In this document: in pieces, positions 9,269 to 18,304 of the stretch
Position numbering within the stretch: the first letter of the stretch is position 1
Layout of the letters: the number at the start of each line of letters is the position of its first letter
NCBI RefSeq assembly: GCF_000018105.1
Contig: NC_009925.1
Coordinates: 6,210,001-6,242,000, forward strand
DNA length: 32,000 nucleotides
Origin: Acaryochloris marina MBIC11017
GTDB lineage: Bacteria; Cyanobacteriota; Cyanobacteriia; Thermosynechococcales; Thermosynechococcaceae
Direction: 5' to 3'
The notes under the pieces: generated by a model
The model's input: the letters and a program-made list of their open reading frames with translations, nothing else
The model's database searches: none
What the model was told of the DNA's origin: nothing
Program-made: the position numbers and the translations under genes

Positions 9269-12200
9269 TGCTGCTGTCTGTCTCTAGCCCTTTTATTAAA
9301 CGCCCGGTATTAACAACGGTCTGCACCATTGTGATTGTGTTGTTGGGGGTCATTGCGATGGCCTTGTTGCCGCTCGATAAACTGCCCCAAATTGCTCCTA
9401 AACAGATTGCAGTTCGGGCCAACTATGTGGGAGTAGATGCTAAGACTGCAGTCGATAACGTCACCACCGTGCTGGAGCGAGAGATTAACGGTACTGAAGA
9501 TGTCAAGTGGATGACTTCAAGTACGGATAACACGGGCACTGCCACCATAAACGTTTCTTTTCCAGTGGAGAAAGATACCAATATTTCCCAGGTTCTGGTG
9601 CAAAATCGGGTCGCTCAAGCCCAGTCAGAACTCCCGCCTAGCGTTATCTCTACTGGAGTGACCACTGAGAAGGAATCGCCCAGCGTTACGCTGGTGTACT
9701 CACTCTATTCCGAGAAAGATGAGGCCGGAAGCTACTATTACAATCCCCAGTTTCTTTACAACTATTTGGATCGTTATCTGTGGAATGAACTCAAGCGAAT
9801 TGAAGGGGTAGGCAGTTTGAGAGCCTTCGGGGCTGCGGCATACTCCATGCGGCTATGGCTCGACCCCGATAAGCTGGCAGCTCGGGGATTGACTGCTGCT
9901 GATGTTGTTAACGCAGTTCAGACGCAGAACTTTGAAGTGGGGGCGGGTGGTGTGGGCCGACAACCCGGCCTCCCCCAGCAGCAATTTGAGTTGCCCTTAC
10001 GGGTCTTAGGGCGGTTCACCACCGTTGAGGAAGCTGAAAATATTGTGGTCCAGTCAGAGGCTGATGGCACACTGATCAAAGTCTTGGATGTGGGACGGGC
10101 CGAACTCGGAGTAGAGGACTATTTCTCCCAAGCTGTATTTGATGCTAAGGATCCGGCGGTTGGATTGATTGTCTACCAACTTCCCGGTACAAATGCCCTC
10201 AATACGGCTGAGCTGGTCAAAGCCAAGATGGCAGAGTTGTCAGCGGATTTCCCCCGAGGGTTGAAGGCTGAGATTGCCCATGACAATACACTATTTATTA
10301 ACGCGTCGCTGCGTGATCTATTAGTGACCCTAGCCCAGGCAATCGGGTTGGTCGTCCTGATTATTTTCATCTTTCTTCAGGACTGGCGAGCCACCTTAAT
10401 TCCGGCAGTGGCAATTCCAGTAGCACTAGTGGGGACCATGATTGCGCTGCTGGTCCTTGGCTTTACCCTCAACCAGTTGACGTTGTTTGCCTGCATCCTC
10501 GCCACGGGGTTAGTGGTAGATGATGGAATTGTGATCGTCGAGGCCGTATCGGCGAAGCTGTCCCAGGGGATGCGTCCCCGACAGGCTGCGCTTGACGCTA
10601 TGGACGAGTTAGTGGGAGCTGTGATTTCCACCTCTGTCGTCCTGATGGCCGTGTTTATCCCAGTCACGTTTTTCCCCGGAACAACCGGAATTGTGTATAA
10701 GCAGTTTGCCTTGACCATTGCCTTTGCCGTTGTCTTCTCCACTTTTAATGCTCTAACCTTTTCTCCCTCCATGTCTGGGGTCTTTCTACGACGGGCAGAA
10801 CCTGTAAAGGGGCCATTGGGTTGGTTGTTCCCCAGATTTAACCGTAGCTTTGCCTGGCTTAAGGATCACTATCGTCAGCTGATCGAGTTTTTCACCCGCA
10901 TCACACCTCTGATCATTGGCATCTTTGTCGCGGGCCTCGTGCTGACGGGCTGGATCTATCAAACCTTGCCGCAGGGATTTGTCCCGGAAGAGGACCAGGG
11001 CTATTTCTTCGTCATCATCGAAGGTCCGCCAGGGGTGTCATTGAACTACACCCACAACATCACCCAGCAGGCCGCTCAAATGATGATGGATTACGAGGAA
11101 GTGGAGCATACCATGGGGTTATCGGGCTTCTCCTTTGATGGTCTCAATAGTAATAAGGGCGTCATGTTCGTCAAGCTCCATCCCTGGAACAAGCGCCCCC
11201 AAGATTCCAGCTCTATTTTTGGTGTTTTGCAGCGAGCGAATCAGGATTTTCAGCAGCAGATTGATGGGGGGCGTGTGCTTGCGGTTAATGCACCTGCTGT
11301 TGATGGTCTCAGTAGCTTCGGCGGTTCAGAAATTTTTATTGAGGATCGTCAAGGACGTGGGATGGAGGCCTTGATTGCCAATACCCAACAGGTGATTACT
11401 GCGGCCAATCAACGGCCAGAGGTCGCCCTGGCCCTGACGACGTTTACCTTCGATAGCCCGATGCTGGAAGCGGAGATTGATCGTAACCGTGCGAATGCCC
11501 AAAACGTCAACGTCAGTGAAATTCTAAGTACGTTGCAAACCTATCTGGGGTCTAACTTTATTAACCAGTTTGTGCTGGATGGTCGTCTCTACCGCGTCTA
11601 TGCTCAAGCTGAGGCTGCCCGACGCCAAAGCCCAGAAGATATCGATAGTTTGTATGTGAGATCGCGAACGGGTACCCTTGTACAGCTCAGTAATCTGATC
11701 AATACACAGCAAATTTCTTATCCCCCCATTGTCAACAACTACAACGCTTATCCCGCGATTAAGGTCAACATCGCCCCAGCACCTGGCTATAGTTCAGGGC
11801 AGATTATTCAGGCCATGGAAGCAGTGGCTGAAGCCACCCTGCAGCCTGGTTTTGACTATGAGTGGACCAATACGGCTGCTGAGGAGAAAACGGCAGGTGG
11901 AGCCGCCCCAGTGGTATTTGGTCTCAGCTTTATCATGGTGTTTTTGGTTCTAGCGGCCCAGTACGAGAGCTATATCGATCCGCTCATTATCATGCTTTCT
12001 GTGCCCCTAGCGATTCTGGGTGCCCTGGGCGGCATTTGGTTTAGAGCCACCTTTTTACAGGCAGGCGGGGTGTGGCCCGTCCTCAATAACAATATTTACG
12101 CTCAGGTGGGTTTAGTGATGCTGATTGGAATGGCGAGTAAAAATGCCATTTTGATTGTGGAATTTGCCAACAAAAATCGCGACTTGGGCATGAAAATCCG

Positions 12201-12531
12201 GCAGGCCGCTATTTTTGCTTCAGAACAACGGTTTCGAGCGATTGTAATGACCGCGATTTCAACTCTAGCGGGGTTTATTCCATTAGTGATTGCCTCTGGC
12301 GCAGGGGCTGTCAGTCGCTGGTCCCTGGGAACTGCTGTTTTTGGTGGCATGTTGGTCGCCACCATCTTGAGTCTGATTTTCGTGCCCATTCTCTATATCG
12401 TGATTAAAAACCTAGAGGAAGACTTCCTCAAGGGAGGCCGAACCAACCAGAAAGATCCGCAAAGGCTGACCGAGAGGCAATCAGACGGCGGTGCTGAGGT
12501 TAGCAATATCCAAAGTCAATCGGGAGAGTAA
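9268..12531 (+). CDS. RND efflux permease (AcrB/HAE1 family)
   Basis: 1087 aa. N-terminus F I.RPVLTTV....V.LLG; 12-TM layout with two large periplasmic loops; conserved TM4 region (LATGLVVDDGIVIVE). Confidence 0.95.
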   Translation: MLLSVSSPFIKRPVLTTVCTIVIVLLGVIAMALLPLDKLPQIAPKQIAVRANYVGVDAKTAVDNVTTVLEREINGTEDVKWMTSSTDNTGTATINVSFPVEKDTNISQVLVQNRVAQAQSELPPSVISTGVTTEKESPSVTLVYSLYSEKDEAGSYYYNPQFLYNYLDRYLWNELKRIEGVGSLRAFGAAAYSMRLWLDPDKLAARGLTAADVVNAVQTQNFEVGAGGVGRQPGLPQQQFELPLRVLGRFTTVEEAENIVVQSEADGTLIKVLDVGRAELGVEDYFSQAVFDAKDPAVGLIVYQLPGTNALNTAELVKAKMAELSADFPRGLKAEIAHDNTLFINASLRDLLVTLAQAIGLVVLIIFIFLQDWRATLIPAVAIPVALVGTMIALLVLGFTLNQLTLFACILATGLVVDDGIVIVEAVSAKLSQGMRPRQAALDAMDELVGAVISTSVVLMAVFIPVTFFPGTTGIVYKQFALTIAFAVVFSTFNALTFSPSMSGVFLRRAEPVKGPLGWLFPRFNRSFAWLKDHYRQLIEFFTRITPLIIGIFVAGLVLTGWIYQTLPQGFVPEEDQGYFFVIIEGPPGVSLNYTHNITQQAAQMMMDYEEVEHTMGLSGFSFDGLNSNKGVMFVKLHPWNKRPQDSSSIFGVLQRANQDFQQQIDGGRVLAVNAPAVDGLSSFGGSEIFIEDRQGRGMEALIANTQQVITAANQRPEVALALTTFTFDSPMLEAEIDRNRANAQNVNVSEILSTLQTYLGSNFINQFVLDGRLYRVYAQAEAARRQSPEDIDSLYVRSRTGTLVQLSNLINTQQISYPPIVNNYNAYPAIKVNIAPAPGYSSGQIIQAMEAVAEATLQPGFDYEWTNTAAEEKTAGGAAPVVFGLSFIMVFLVLAAQYESYIDPLIIMLSVPLAILGALGGIWFRATFLQAGGVWPVLNNNIYAQVGLVMLIGMASKNAILIVEFANKNRDLGMKIRQAAIFASEQRFRAIVMTAISTLAGFIPLVIASGAGAVSRWSLGTAVFGGMLVATILSLIFVPILYIVIKNLEEDFLKGGRTNQKDPQRLTERQSDGGAEVSNIQSQSGE

Positions 12532-12533
12532 TC

Positions 12534-12626
12534 GTGTTTAAGGACTGGACGCTCAATGACTGGATGAACAATGGTTTATTTTTCGCCACGGTCATCATGC
12601 TGATCGGCTCATTTATTTTTGCCTAA
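12534..12626 (+). CDS. possible 30-aa single-TM micropeptide directly after the RND permease
   Basis: GTG at 12534, 3 nt after the permease stop, with GGGAGAG about 7 nt upstream. Product VFKDWTLNDWMNNGLFFATVIMLIGSFIFA. Below the ORF-track cut-off and translated by hand. Confidence 0.2.
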   Translation: MFKDWTLNDWMNNGLFFATVIMLIGSFIFA

Positions 12627-12642
12627 ACAGGTGGTATCAGAC

Positions 12643-12840
12643 ATGAATTTTAGGATGCTGATCTTTTCCGGTGTAATGACGGCGCTAGCAGGTGCAGTCC
12701 TAGGCATTGTCGTGGGTCATGTGAGTCCGATGCAATCTCGAAGACCCGTCATTTTTGTGGTGGGTTCAACCCTAGGATTTTTGATCGGTACAGGTTATGA
12801 AGCTGTTCAACAGTACAAGGATGAGGAGGTAGATGAGTAA
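12643..12840 (+). CDS. hypothetical small two-TM membrane protein (65 aa) with an acidic tail
   Basis: ATG at 12643 with AGGTGG about 10 nt upstream. Two hydrophobic helices and a C-terminal KDEEVDE. The TTG start at 12619 in the track is less likely. Confidence 0.45.
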   Translation: MNFRMLIFSGVMTALAGAVLGIVVGHVSPMQSRRPVIFVVGSTLGFLIGTGYEAVQQYKDEEVDE

Positions 12841-12932
12841 AGCAAGTTTTGACAGCGGCTCAGACCACACCACACGCTGGACCGCCTTTCCTATTAAAAG
12901 TTCTTCGTACCCTTTACACAACATCAAAAACT

Positions 12933-13739
12933 ATGGACCTTAAACTTCAAGGCAAACGCGCACTCGTTACCGGCAGCAGCAGCGGCATTGGAGCCGCGAT
13001 CGCAAAAACCCTCGCCTCTGAAGGTGCCTTTGTCGTTGTTAATGGACGCAATCAGGAACGGGCAAATCAGGTGATGAATGAGATTGTTCAAAATGGGGGG
13101 AAAGCAGCGGTGGCGATCGGCGATCTCTCGGCAGACGAACCTGCCAAACAAGTCGCTAAAGCTGCAGCTCAGGCATTTGATGGGATTGATATCCTCGTCA
13201 ACAATGCTGGTGGGGGTGGGGCGATCAACTGGTTTGATGCTACTGCTGAAGACTGGGCCAATACCTACCAGCAGAACGTCCTCTCGGCAGTCCGATTGAT
13301 TCAGCAGTTTGCACCCCAAATGAAAGCGGCTGGATGGGGTCGAATCATTAATATTTCCAGTGGTGTGGCCACTCAACCCACCGCCCAGATTGCTGACTAT
13401 GCCGCTGCAAAAGCTGCGATCGTCAATCTAACGGTCAGTTTGGCTAAGGAATTAGCCTATAGCGGCATTACGGTTAACACCCTCTCTCCCGGTACCATCC
13501 GCACCTCTGGTTTAGAGAAAGCTATACGCGGAATTGCCGCTGGGCAGGGCTGGGACACCGATGATTGGGCTGAACTCGAGAAGCGAACGGCTCGTGAAGT
13601 CTGGCCGAATCCAACCGGGCGTGTAGGACGAGTCGAAGATATTGCCAATATGGTGACTTATTTGGCGAGCCCGCTGGCAGACTTCATCAATGGTGCAGAC
13701 TATCGCGTTGATGGCGGCAATATTGGTTCAATTAATTAA
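12933..13739 (+). CDS. SDR-family NAD(P)-dependent oxidoreductase
   Basis: TGSSSGIG cofactor motif, NNAG, and a catalytic S...YAAAK. The start was moved to ATG 12933 (MDLKLQGKRALVTG...). Confidence 0.85.
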   Translation: MDLKLQGKRALVTGSSSGIGAAIAKTLASEGAFVVVNGRNQERANQVMNEIVQNGGKAAVAIGDLSADEPAKQVAKAAAQAFDGIDILVNNAGGGGAINWFDATAEDWANTYQQNVLSAVRLIQQFAPQMKAAGWGRIINISSGVATQPTAQIADYAAAKAAIVNLTVSLAKELAYSGITVNTLSPGTIRTSGLEKAIRGIAAGQGWDTDDWAELEKRTAREVWPNPTGRVGRVEDIANMVTYLASPLADFINGADYRVDGGNIGSIN

Positions 13740-13795
13740 TCGCCTAAACTACCCGCTGAAAAGGAAGAACAAAAATACTCAAACTGATAAAAGAG

Positions 13796-14473
13796 ATGAA
13801 AATTGGATTGATTGGGACGGGAAACATGTCTCGTTCTCTCGGCATTCTCTGGGCAGAGCAAGGCCATGAAATTTTTTGGGGATCACGCGATCCCAACAAG
13901 GCAAAGTCCGTCGCTGAGTTCGCAGGTCACAATACCCAAGGGGGCACCAACGACGAAGCGGCTGAGTTTGGTGAAGTAATCTTCTACTCGGTACGAGGCG
14001 TAATGCCGTCCACTGTTTTATCCTCCACGGATTGCTTGGCTGGCAAGATCATTCTTGACTGTAACAATCGTGATATCCCAGAAGGGTTTGCCTACGGTCC
14101 GTTGATGGCAGAGTCTTTGGCAGAAAAGCTAGCGGTGGATGTTCCCAACGCCCGCGTTGTTAAAGCCTTTAACACAATAGCCCAAGAGGTGTTTGAGCTA
14201 TCGCCTGAACCGCTTCAGGAACATCAGGTATCGGTCTATATCTGTGGTGACGATCTAGAAGCACGACAGACCACAATGACTTTAGCCAAAGATATTGGAT
14301 TTAATCCCATTGACTGTGGCCCCCTCCGCAGTGCCCGGATGTTGGAGGCTTTGGGTGACTTTATTCGCTTCATGATTGGCGGAATGGGGCTTGGTCCCTA
14401 TGCAACGATCTCCGTTAATGTCCTACCAGAGGCTTCTCAGCAGAGGCTGGGCAGACGGCAATCCGGCTCTTGA
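13796..14473 (+). CDS. NADPH-dependent F420-reductase-like / COG2085-type NAD(P)-binding oxidoreductase
   Basis: MKIGLIGTGNM Rossmann start, ~220-aa length, and conserved ..VVKAFN.. and ..V.VCGDD..A.. blocks shared with the paralog at 18305. Confidence 0.75.
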   Translation: MKIGLIGTGNMSRSLGILWAEQGHEIFWGSRDPNKAKSVAEFAGHNTQGGTNDEAAEFGEVIFYSVRGVMPSTVLSSTDCLAGKIILDCNNRDIPEGFAYGPLMAESLAEKLAVDVPNARVVKAFNTIAQEVFELSPEPLQEHQVSVYICGDDLEARQTTMTLAKDIGFNPIDCGPLRSARMLEALGDFIRFMIGGMGLGPYATISVNVLPEASQQRLGRRQSGS

Positions 14474-14569
14474 CCCATATATTTGAGGTTTACCGAAATG
14501 TCCAAAATCGATACGGTCATTGCCGCCTAGTTCAAGCGTAGAAATAGTTCACACAAATGAGGAAAAACG

Positions 14570-15313
14570 ATGAACGTAGATGTATTGCAACTCAAAGATA
14601 AAGTTGCATTGGTCACAGGAGGTTCTAGAGGCATTGGTAAAGCCATCGTTAAAGATTTAATGGAACAAGGAGCCGCAGTAGCCTTTACTTATGCCAACAG
14701 CACCGAAAAGGCGAAAGCCCTTGAAGGTGAGTTATCGAGTCTAGGCACGATTAAGGGCTATCAGTCTGATGCCTCTAATCTAGACAACATCAACCAGCTT
14801 ACCGATGCCATTGAGAAAGATTTTGGCAAAGTCGATATTCTGATTAACAACGCCGGACGATTTGTGAGCAAACCCTTTGATGAAGTCACCGAGGATGAGT
14901 TTGAACAGCTCTTTGCAACCAATGTCAAAGGCCCGTTTTTCCTAGTGCAAAAAATGGTGAGACTTATACCTGAAGGGGGCAGAGTCATTAATATCTCATC
15001 TGGCTCTACCCAACACTATGTACCCATGTCGAGTATCTACGCGGCTTCAAAAGGTGCCTTGGAGCAATTTACGAGAACGTGGGCCAGAGAACTCAGCGCT
15101 AAGAAAATTACGGTCAATAGCCTATTGCCGGGTTACACCGCAACAGACTGGGTGTCTGATACTCCTGAAGAACAGATGCAGTGGATGGCAGGCCAAGCGG
15201 CTCTCGGAGAACTCGGCACTGCAGAGGATATTTCACGCGCCGTTCTCTTTCTAGCCTCTGATTTAGGCCGATGGGTGACTGGACAGCAACTTAGTGTTGA
15301 TGGTGGTTTGTAG
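14570..15313 (+). CDS. SDR-family oxidoreductase (FabG-like)
   Basis: TGGSRGIG, NNAG and S..YAASK motifs; 247 aa. Confidence 0.9.
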   Translation: MNVDVLQLKDKVALVTGGSRGIGKAIVKDLMEQGAAVAFTYANSTEKAKALEGELSSLGTIKGYQSDASNLDNINQLTDAIEKDFGKVDILINNAGRFVSKPFDEVTEDEFEQLFATNVKGPFFLVQKMVRLIPEGGRVINISSGSTQHYVPMSSIYAASKGALEQFTRTWARELSAKKITVNSLLPGYTATDWVSDTPEEQMQWMAGQAALGELGTAEDISRAVLFLASDLGRWVTGQQLSVDGGL

Positions 15314-15378
15314 TGCGAGAGTGACAGACACCACAGACGAAGATGCAGTTGCTAATTGCGCCGATGTATGGACAGTTT

Positions 15379-15450
15379 GCGATGGTCTACGGCCAGCCTG
15401 CCTCCAGAGGAGGAGCTACGCTAACAGCCATCGCAGACATCAACCAGCGG
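15379..15450 (+). repeat. 72-nt intergenic repeat, copy 1 (GCGATGGTCTACGGCCAGCCTGCCTCCAGAGGAGGAGCTACGC...)
   Basis: Aligned by hand without gaps to 17449-17520; about 46 of the first 56 positions are identical. Contains a small CCTCC-AGA-GGAGG hairpin. Confidence 0.7.
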
Positions 15451-15518
15451 TCCAGCATGTTCAGGACAGAAAAGCCCGCTATTGAGCCGTCGTTAACCTA
15501 TAGGAGGGAAAGAACATC

Positions 15519-16403
15519 ATGCATAAACCAGTCATTCTAGTTCTAGGAACCACCGGGCAAACAGGCTCCAAAGTACTCGCACACCTTGATGAGGCTCCGG
15601 GCGATTACGCTATTCGCATCTGCTCACGACGACAGCAACAGGTTGATGAATGGACCAGTAGGGGCCGGGATGCTGTGCGCTTAGATCTCGATGATCCAGC
15701 AACATTTGGCCCTGCCCTCAACAGCGTTGATCGCATGTTTGTGATCAGCGGCTATACCGTCGATATGCTGTTCCAAATCAAAACCCTCGTGGATGCTGCC
15801 ATCAAGTGCGGCGTCAGTCATATCGTCCATCAGGGTGTCTTTGCCAACTGGGACACAACTGACCCCCACTTTATTTGGCATCAGCTTGTCGAGTCCTATA
15901 TCAAAGCCAGTGGAATAGCCTGGACCCATCTGCATCCCAACTACTTTATGGAAAATCTTTTGGGGCTAACCGCCTTGCAAAAGGGATCATTCCCAATGTT
16001 CGTCAACAACAAAGCAGTAGGCTGGATTGCGCTGGACGATGTTGCAGCAGTGGCCGTCCGGGTTCTCTGCGAAGGTCCACAGAAGCATAGCGGTAAAGAT
16101 TACTGGCTTAGTACTGATTCTCTGACGGGTGACCAAGCGGCTGAACTCCTCACGGATGTTTTAGGGCAGACAGTGGTATGTGACCATAAAACACCTGATG
16201 AGCTGGCCACCCTTATGCAGGGAGCAGGCGTTGAACCCAATTATGCAGCAGGCGTTGTTGATTTTATGCGACAGGTGATCGACGGTCGCATGGCCTATGT
16301 TGCAACTATTCGAGATGACGTTCCCTATGTAACCGGTCGCCCATCGATCTCTTTTCGGGAATGGTGCCAGCAAAAACGTGAAGCACTGCTGCAGGGTATT
16401 TAA
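15519..16403 (+). CDS. NmrA-family NAD(P)-binding protein (atypical SDR)
   Basis: N-terminal ILVLGTTGQTGSKV Rossmann motif; ~290 aa; NmrA/HSCARG-like layout. Confidence 0.8.
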   Translation: MHKPVILVLGTTGQTGSKVLAHLDEAPGDYAIRICSRRQQQVDEWTSRGRDAVRLDLDDPATFGPALNSVDRMFVISGYTVDMLFQIKTLVDAAIKCGVSHIVHQGVFANWDTTDPHFIWHQLVESYIKASGIAWTHLHPNYFMENLLGLTALQKGSFPMFVNNKAVGWIALDDVAAVAVRVLCEGPQKHSGKDYWLSTDSLTGDQAAELLTDVLGQTVVCDHKTPDELATLMQGAGVEPNYAAGVVDFMRQVIDGRMAYVATIRDDVPYVTGRPSISFREWCQQKREALLQGI

Positions 16404-16417
16404 GGAGTAAGAAGATA

Positions 16418-17434
16418 ATGCAACGAATTTTGATTATTGGCTCGACAGGCGCGATGGGTTCATCCGTTATCCGCGCACTGATTGCCGATCAATCACGAGA
16501 CTGTCATGTATTGGCGATGACGCGAAATCCTTCAAGCGATCAGGCTAAACAGCTTGTGGAACTGGATAAGCAACGCATTGAGTTAGTCAAAGGCGATCTG
16601 GATGATGAGCAAAGCGTAGAAGCTGCGATGAAGGATGTCGATGCTGTCTTTTGCAATACTGCATTCTTCGCATCAGGTAGCGTTGACGGTGAGCGAGCCC
16701 ATGCTCACGGGGCCATTAACGCAGCTCGCCGAGCCGGTGTCGATCACTTTGTTTATGCATCACTGGATCCGGCCAGTCGCTTATCCGGCGGTCAGTGTTG
16801 TGTACCGCACTACGACGCCAAGGCATCCGTTGAAGCGGATATTGACTACCACCGTTCTGATGAGTTTATGCGACAGATTGAGGATGGCTGGTTCAGCAAT
16901 CACGTCAGCGTGTTGGTGACCTGTCCGTATATCGAAAACTTCTATGACTTCTTTACACCTGATGATGGAGAATTGCCAGACGGTCGTCTAGGTAAGATCT
17001 TTCGCGGTCCTATCGTAGGCGATGGGATTTGGCAGATGGTTGCGTTGGCGGATCTCGGCTATTTCGCCCGTATGATGTTGTGCGATGGCCGAAGGCCGGT
17101 CGTAGACCATCGCAAAACTTGGGGCGGACGAACCCTCCGCATCGCATCTGAGGAAGCCACCTTACCTGAGATTGTCCAAACTTTTGAAGCGGTTACGGGC
17201 ATTCCTGCGGCCTACCAGCCGATGACGGAACAGGAGTTTCTTGATTCTGGTTTACCCAATGCCCACGATCCCCTCAACAACATGCTGATGTATCGTGACG
17301 GCTTCTTTGAGCGGCGGGACTTTGATGAGCTGCGGACGTTACATCCGGGGCTCAGATCATTTCGCCAGTGGCTACAGGAAACAGGCTGGCGGGGTGAAGC
17401 ACGAAGTATGCGTAAGAATCCGGCAACTGGCTGA
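16418..17434 (+). CDS. NmrA-like NAD(P)-binding protein (atypical SDR)
   Basis: N-terminal ILIIGSTGAMGSSV. Only a 14-nt gap separates it from the preceding NmrA gene. Confidence 0.8.
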   Translation: MQRILIIGSTGAMGSSVIRALIADQSRDCHVLAMTRNPSSDQAKQLVELDKQRIELVKGDLDDEQSVEAAMKDVDAVFCNTAFFASGSVDGERAHAHGAINAARRAGVDHFVYASLDPASRLSGGQCCVPHYDAKASVEADIDYHRSDEFMRQIEDGWFSNHVSVLVTCPYIENFYDFFTPDDGELPDGRLGKIFRGPIVGDGIWQMVALADLGYFARMMLCDGRRPVVDHRKTWGGRTLRIASEEATLPEIVQTFEAVTGIPAAYQPMTEQEFLDSGLPNAHDPLNNMLMYRDGFFERRDFDELRTLHPGLRSFRQWLQETGWRGEARSMRKNPATG

Positions 17435-17448
17435 ATGAACATGGGGTT

Positions 17449-17520
17449 GCCATGGTCTATGGCTGGCCTGCCTCAAGAAGAGGAGCTACGCAAATGGCTA
17501 TCGCGCCTATCAACCCAGCT
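17449..17520 (+). repeat. 72-nt intergenic repeat, copy 2
   Basis: Direct-orientation copy of 15379-15450, starting 15 nt after the stop of the second NmrA gene. Confidence 0.7.
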
Positions 17521-17581
17521 ATTGGCCACCTTCGGAATGGCCTGATAGATGTTTTCAGAAACTTAGTTTGAGTACGTCCGT

Positions 17582-18265
17582 ATGAACAGTAGGAAAGAAA
17601 CAGTTGTGGTGGTAGGTGCTAGTCGTGGGATTGGTGCTTCCGTTACACAGCACTTCCACAACAATGGGCACAAAGTATTCGCGGTGTCACGCACTCAGGC
17701 AAAGGTTAATAGTTGGATCAAAGCAGACATTTCTCAACCGAGTGGAATCCAAGCTGTTGGAGATGCGATAGGAACTGAAACGTTAGATGCTCTACTGTTT
17801 ATGGGAGGCGTTTGGGAGACGGATGCTTTTACTCAGAACTATAACTTTACAGAGAGTTCTGATGCTGAAACCCGTTTTGTGATCGGCGTTAATACGATCG
17901 CACCCATTGAAATCACTCGCATACTCTCCGATAACCTGTTGCAAGCCGCTAATCCCAGAGCAATTTATATCGGTTCTTTATCAGGACTAGATAACCGAGC
18001 CTCAGCGGAGGTTGCCAACACAGCCTCAAAGTTTGGTTTGCGGGGCGCTGTCCAGGCACTCAGAATTGCGTTTGACCGCAAGATAGGCTTCACCGTTATC
18101 AATCCTGGCAACGTAGCAACGGAAGAAGTTCTGTCAGATATTCAAGAGGGTCGATTCCCACCTCAAAAAGTAATACCGATTTCAGACTTGATTCACAGTG
18201 TCGAGTGGCTATTAAGCCTATCACCACTCGTTGACGTTCAAGATCTCAACCTACAGCAGCGATAA
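17582..18265 (+). CDS. divergent short SDR-family protein in which the catalytic Tyr position reads Asn
   Basis: VVGASRGIG cofactor motif. The expected YxxxK is NTASK (N146 at 18017-18019, K150 at 18029-18031). Confidence 0.8.
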   Translation: MNSRKETVVVVGASRGIGASVTQHFHNNGHKVFAVSRTQAKVNSWIKADISQPSGIQAVGDAIGTETLDALLFMGGVWETDAFTQNYNFTESSDAETRFVIGVNTIAPIEITRILSDNLLQAANPRAIYIGSLSGLDNRASAEVANTASKFGLRGAVQALRIAFDRKIGFTVINPGNVATEEVLSDIQEGRFPPQKVIPISDLIHSVEWLLSLSPLVDVQDLNLQQR

Positions 18266-18304
18266 AAGTATCAGCAGAATATTTCTGGAGAACAAGGAGC
18301 AAGT

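Noticed and set aside
12849-12932. N-terminal extension of the first SDR (track start at 12849)
   Set aside because: SDR proteins begin a few residues before the TGxxxGIG motif. ATG 12933 (MDLKLQGKRALVTG) fits, and the extension has no homology logic.
15294-15540. Two overlapping 63- and 65-aa ORFs between the SDR and NmrA genes
   Set aside because: They span the 72-nt intergenic repeat, have no SD, and the second repeat copy (17449-17520) carries no corresponding ORF.
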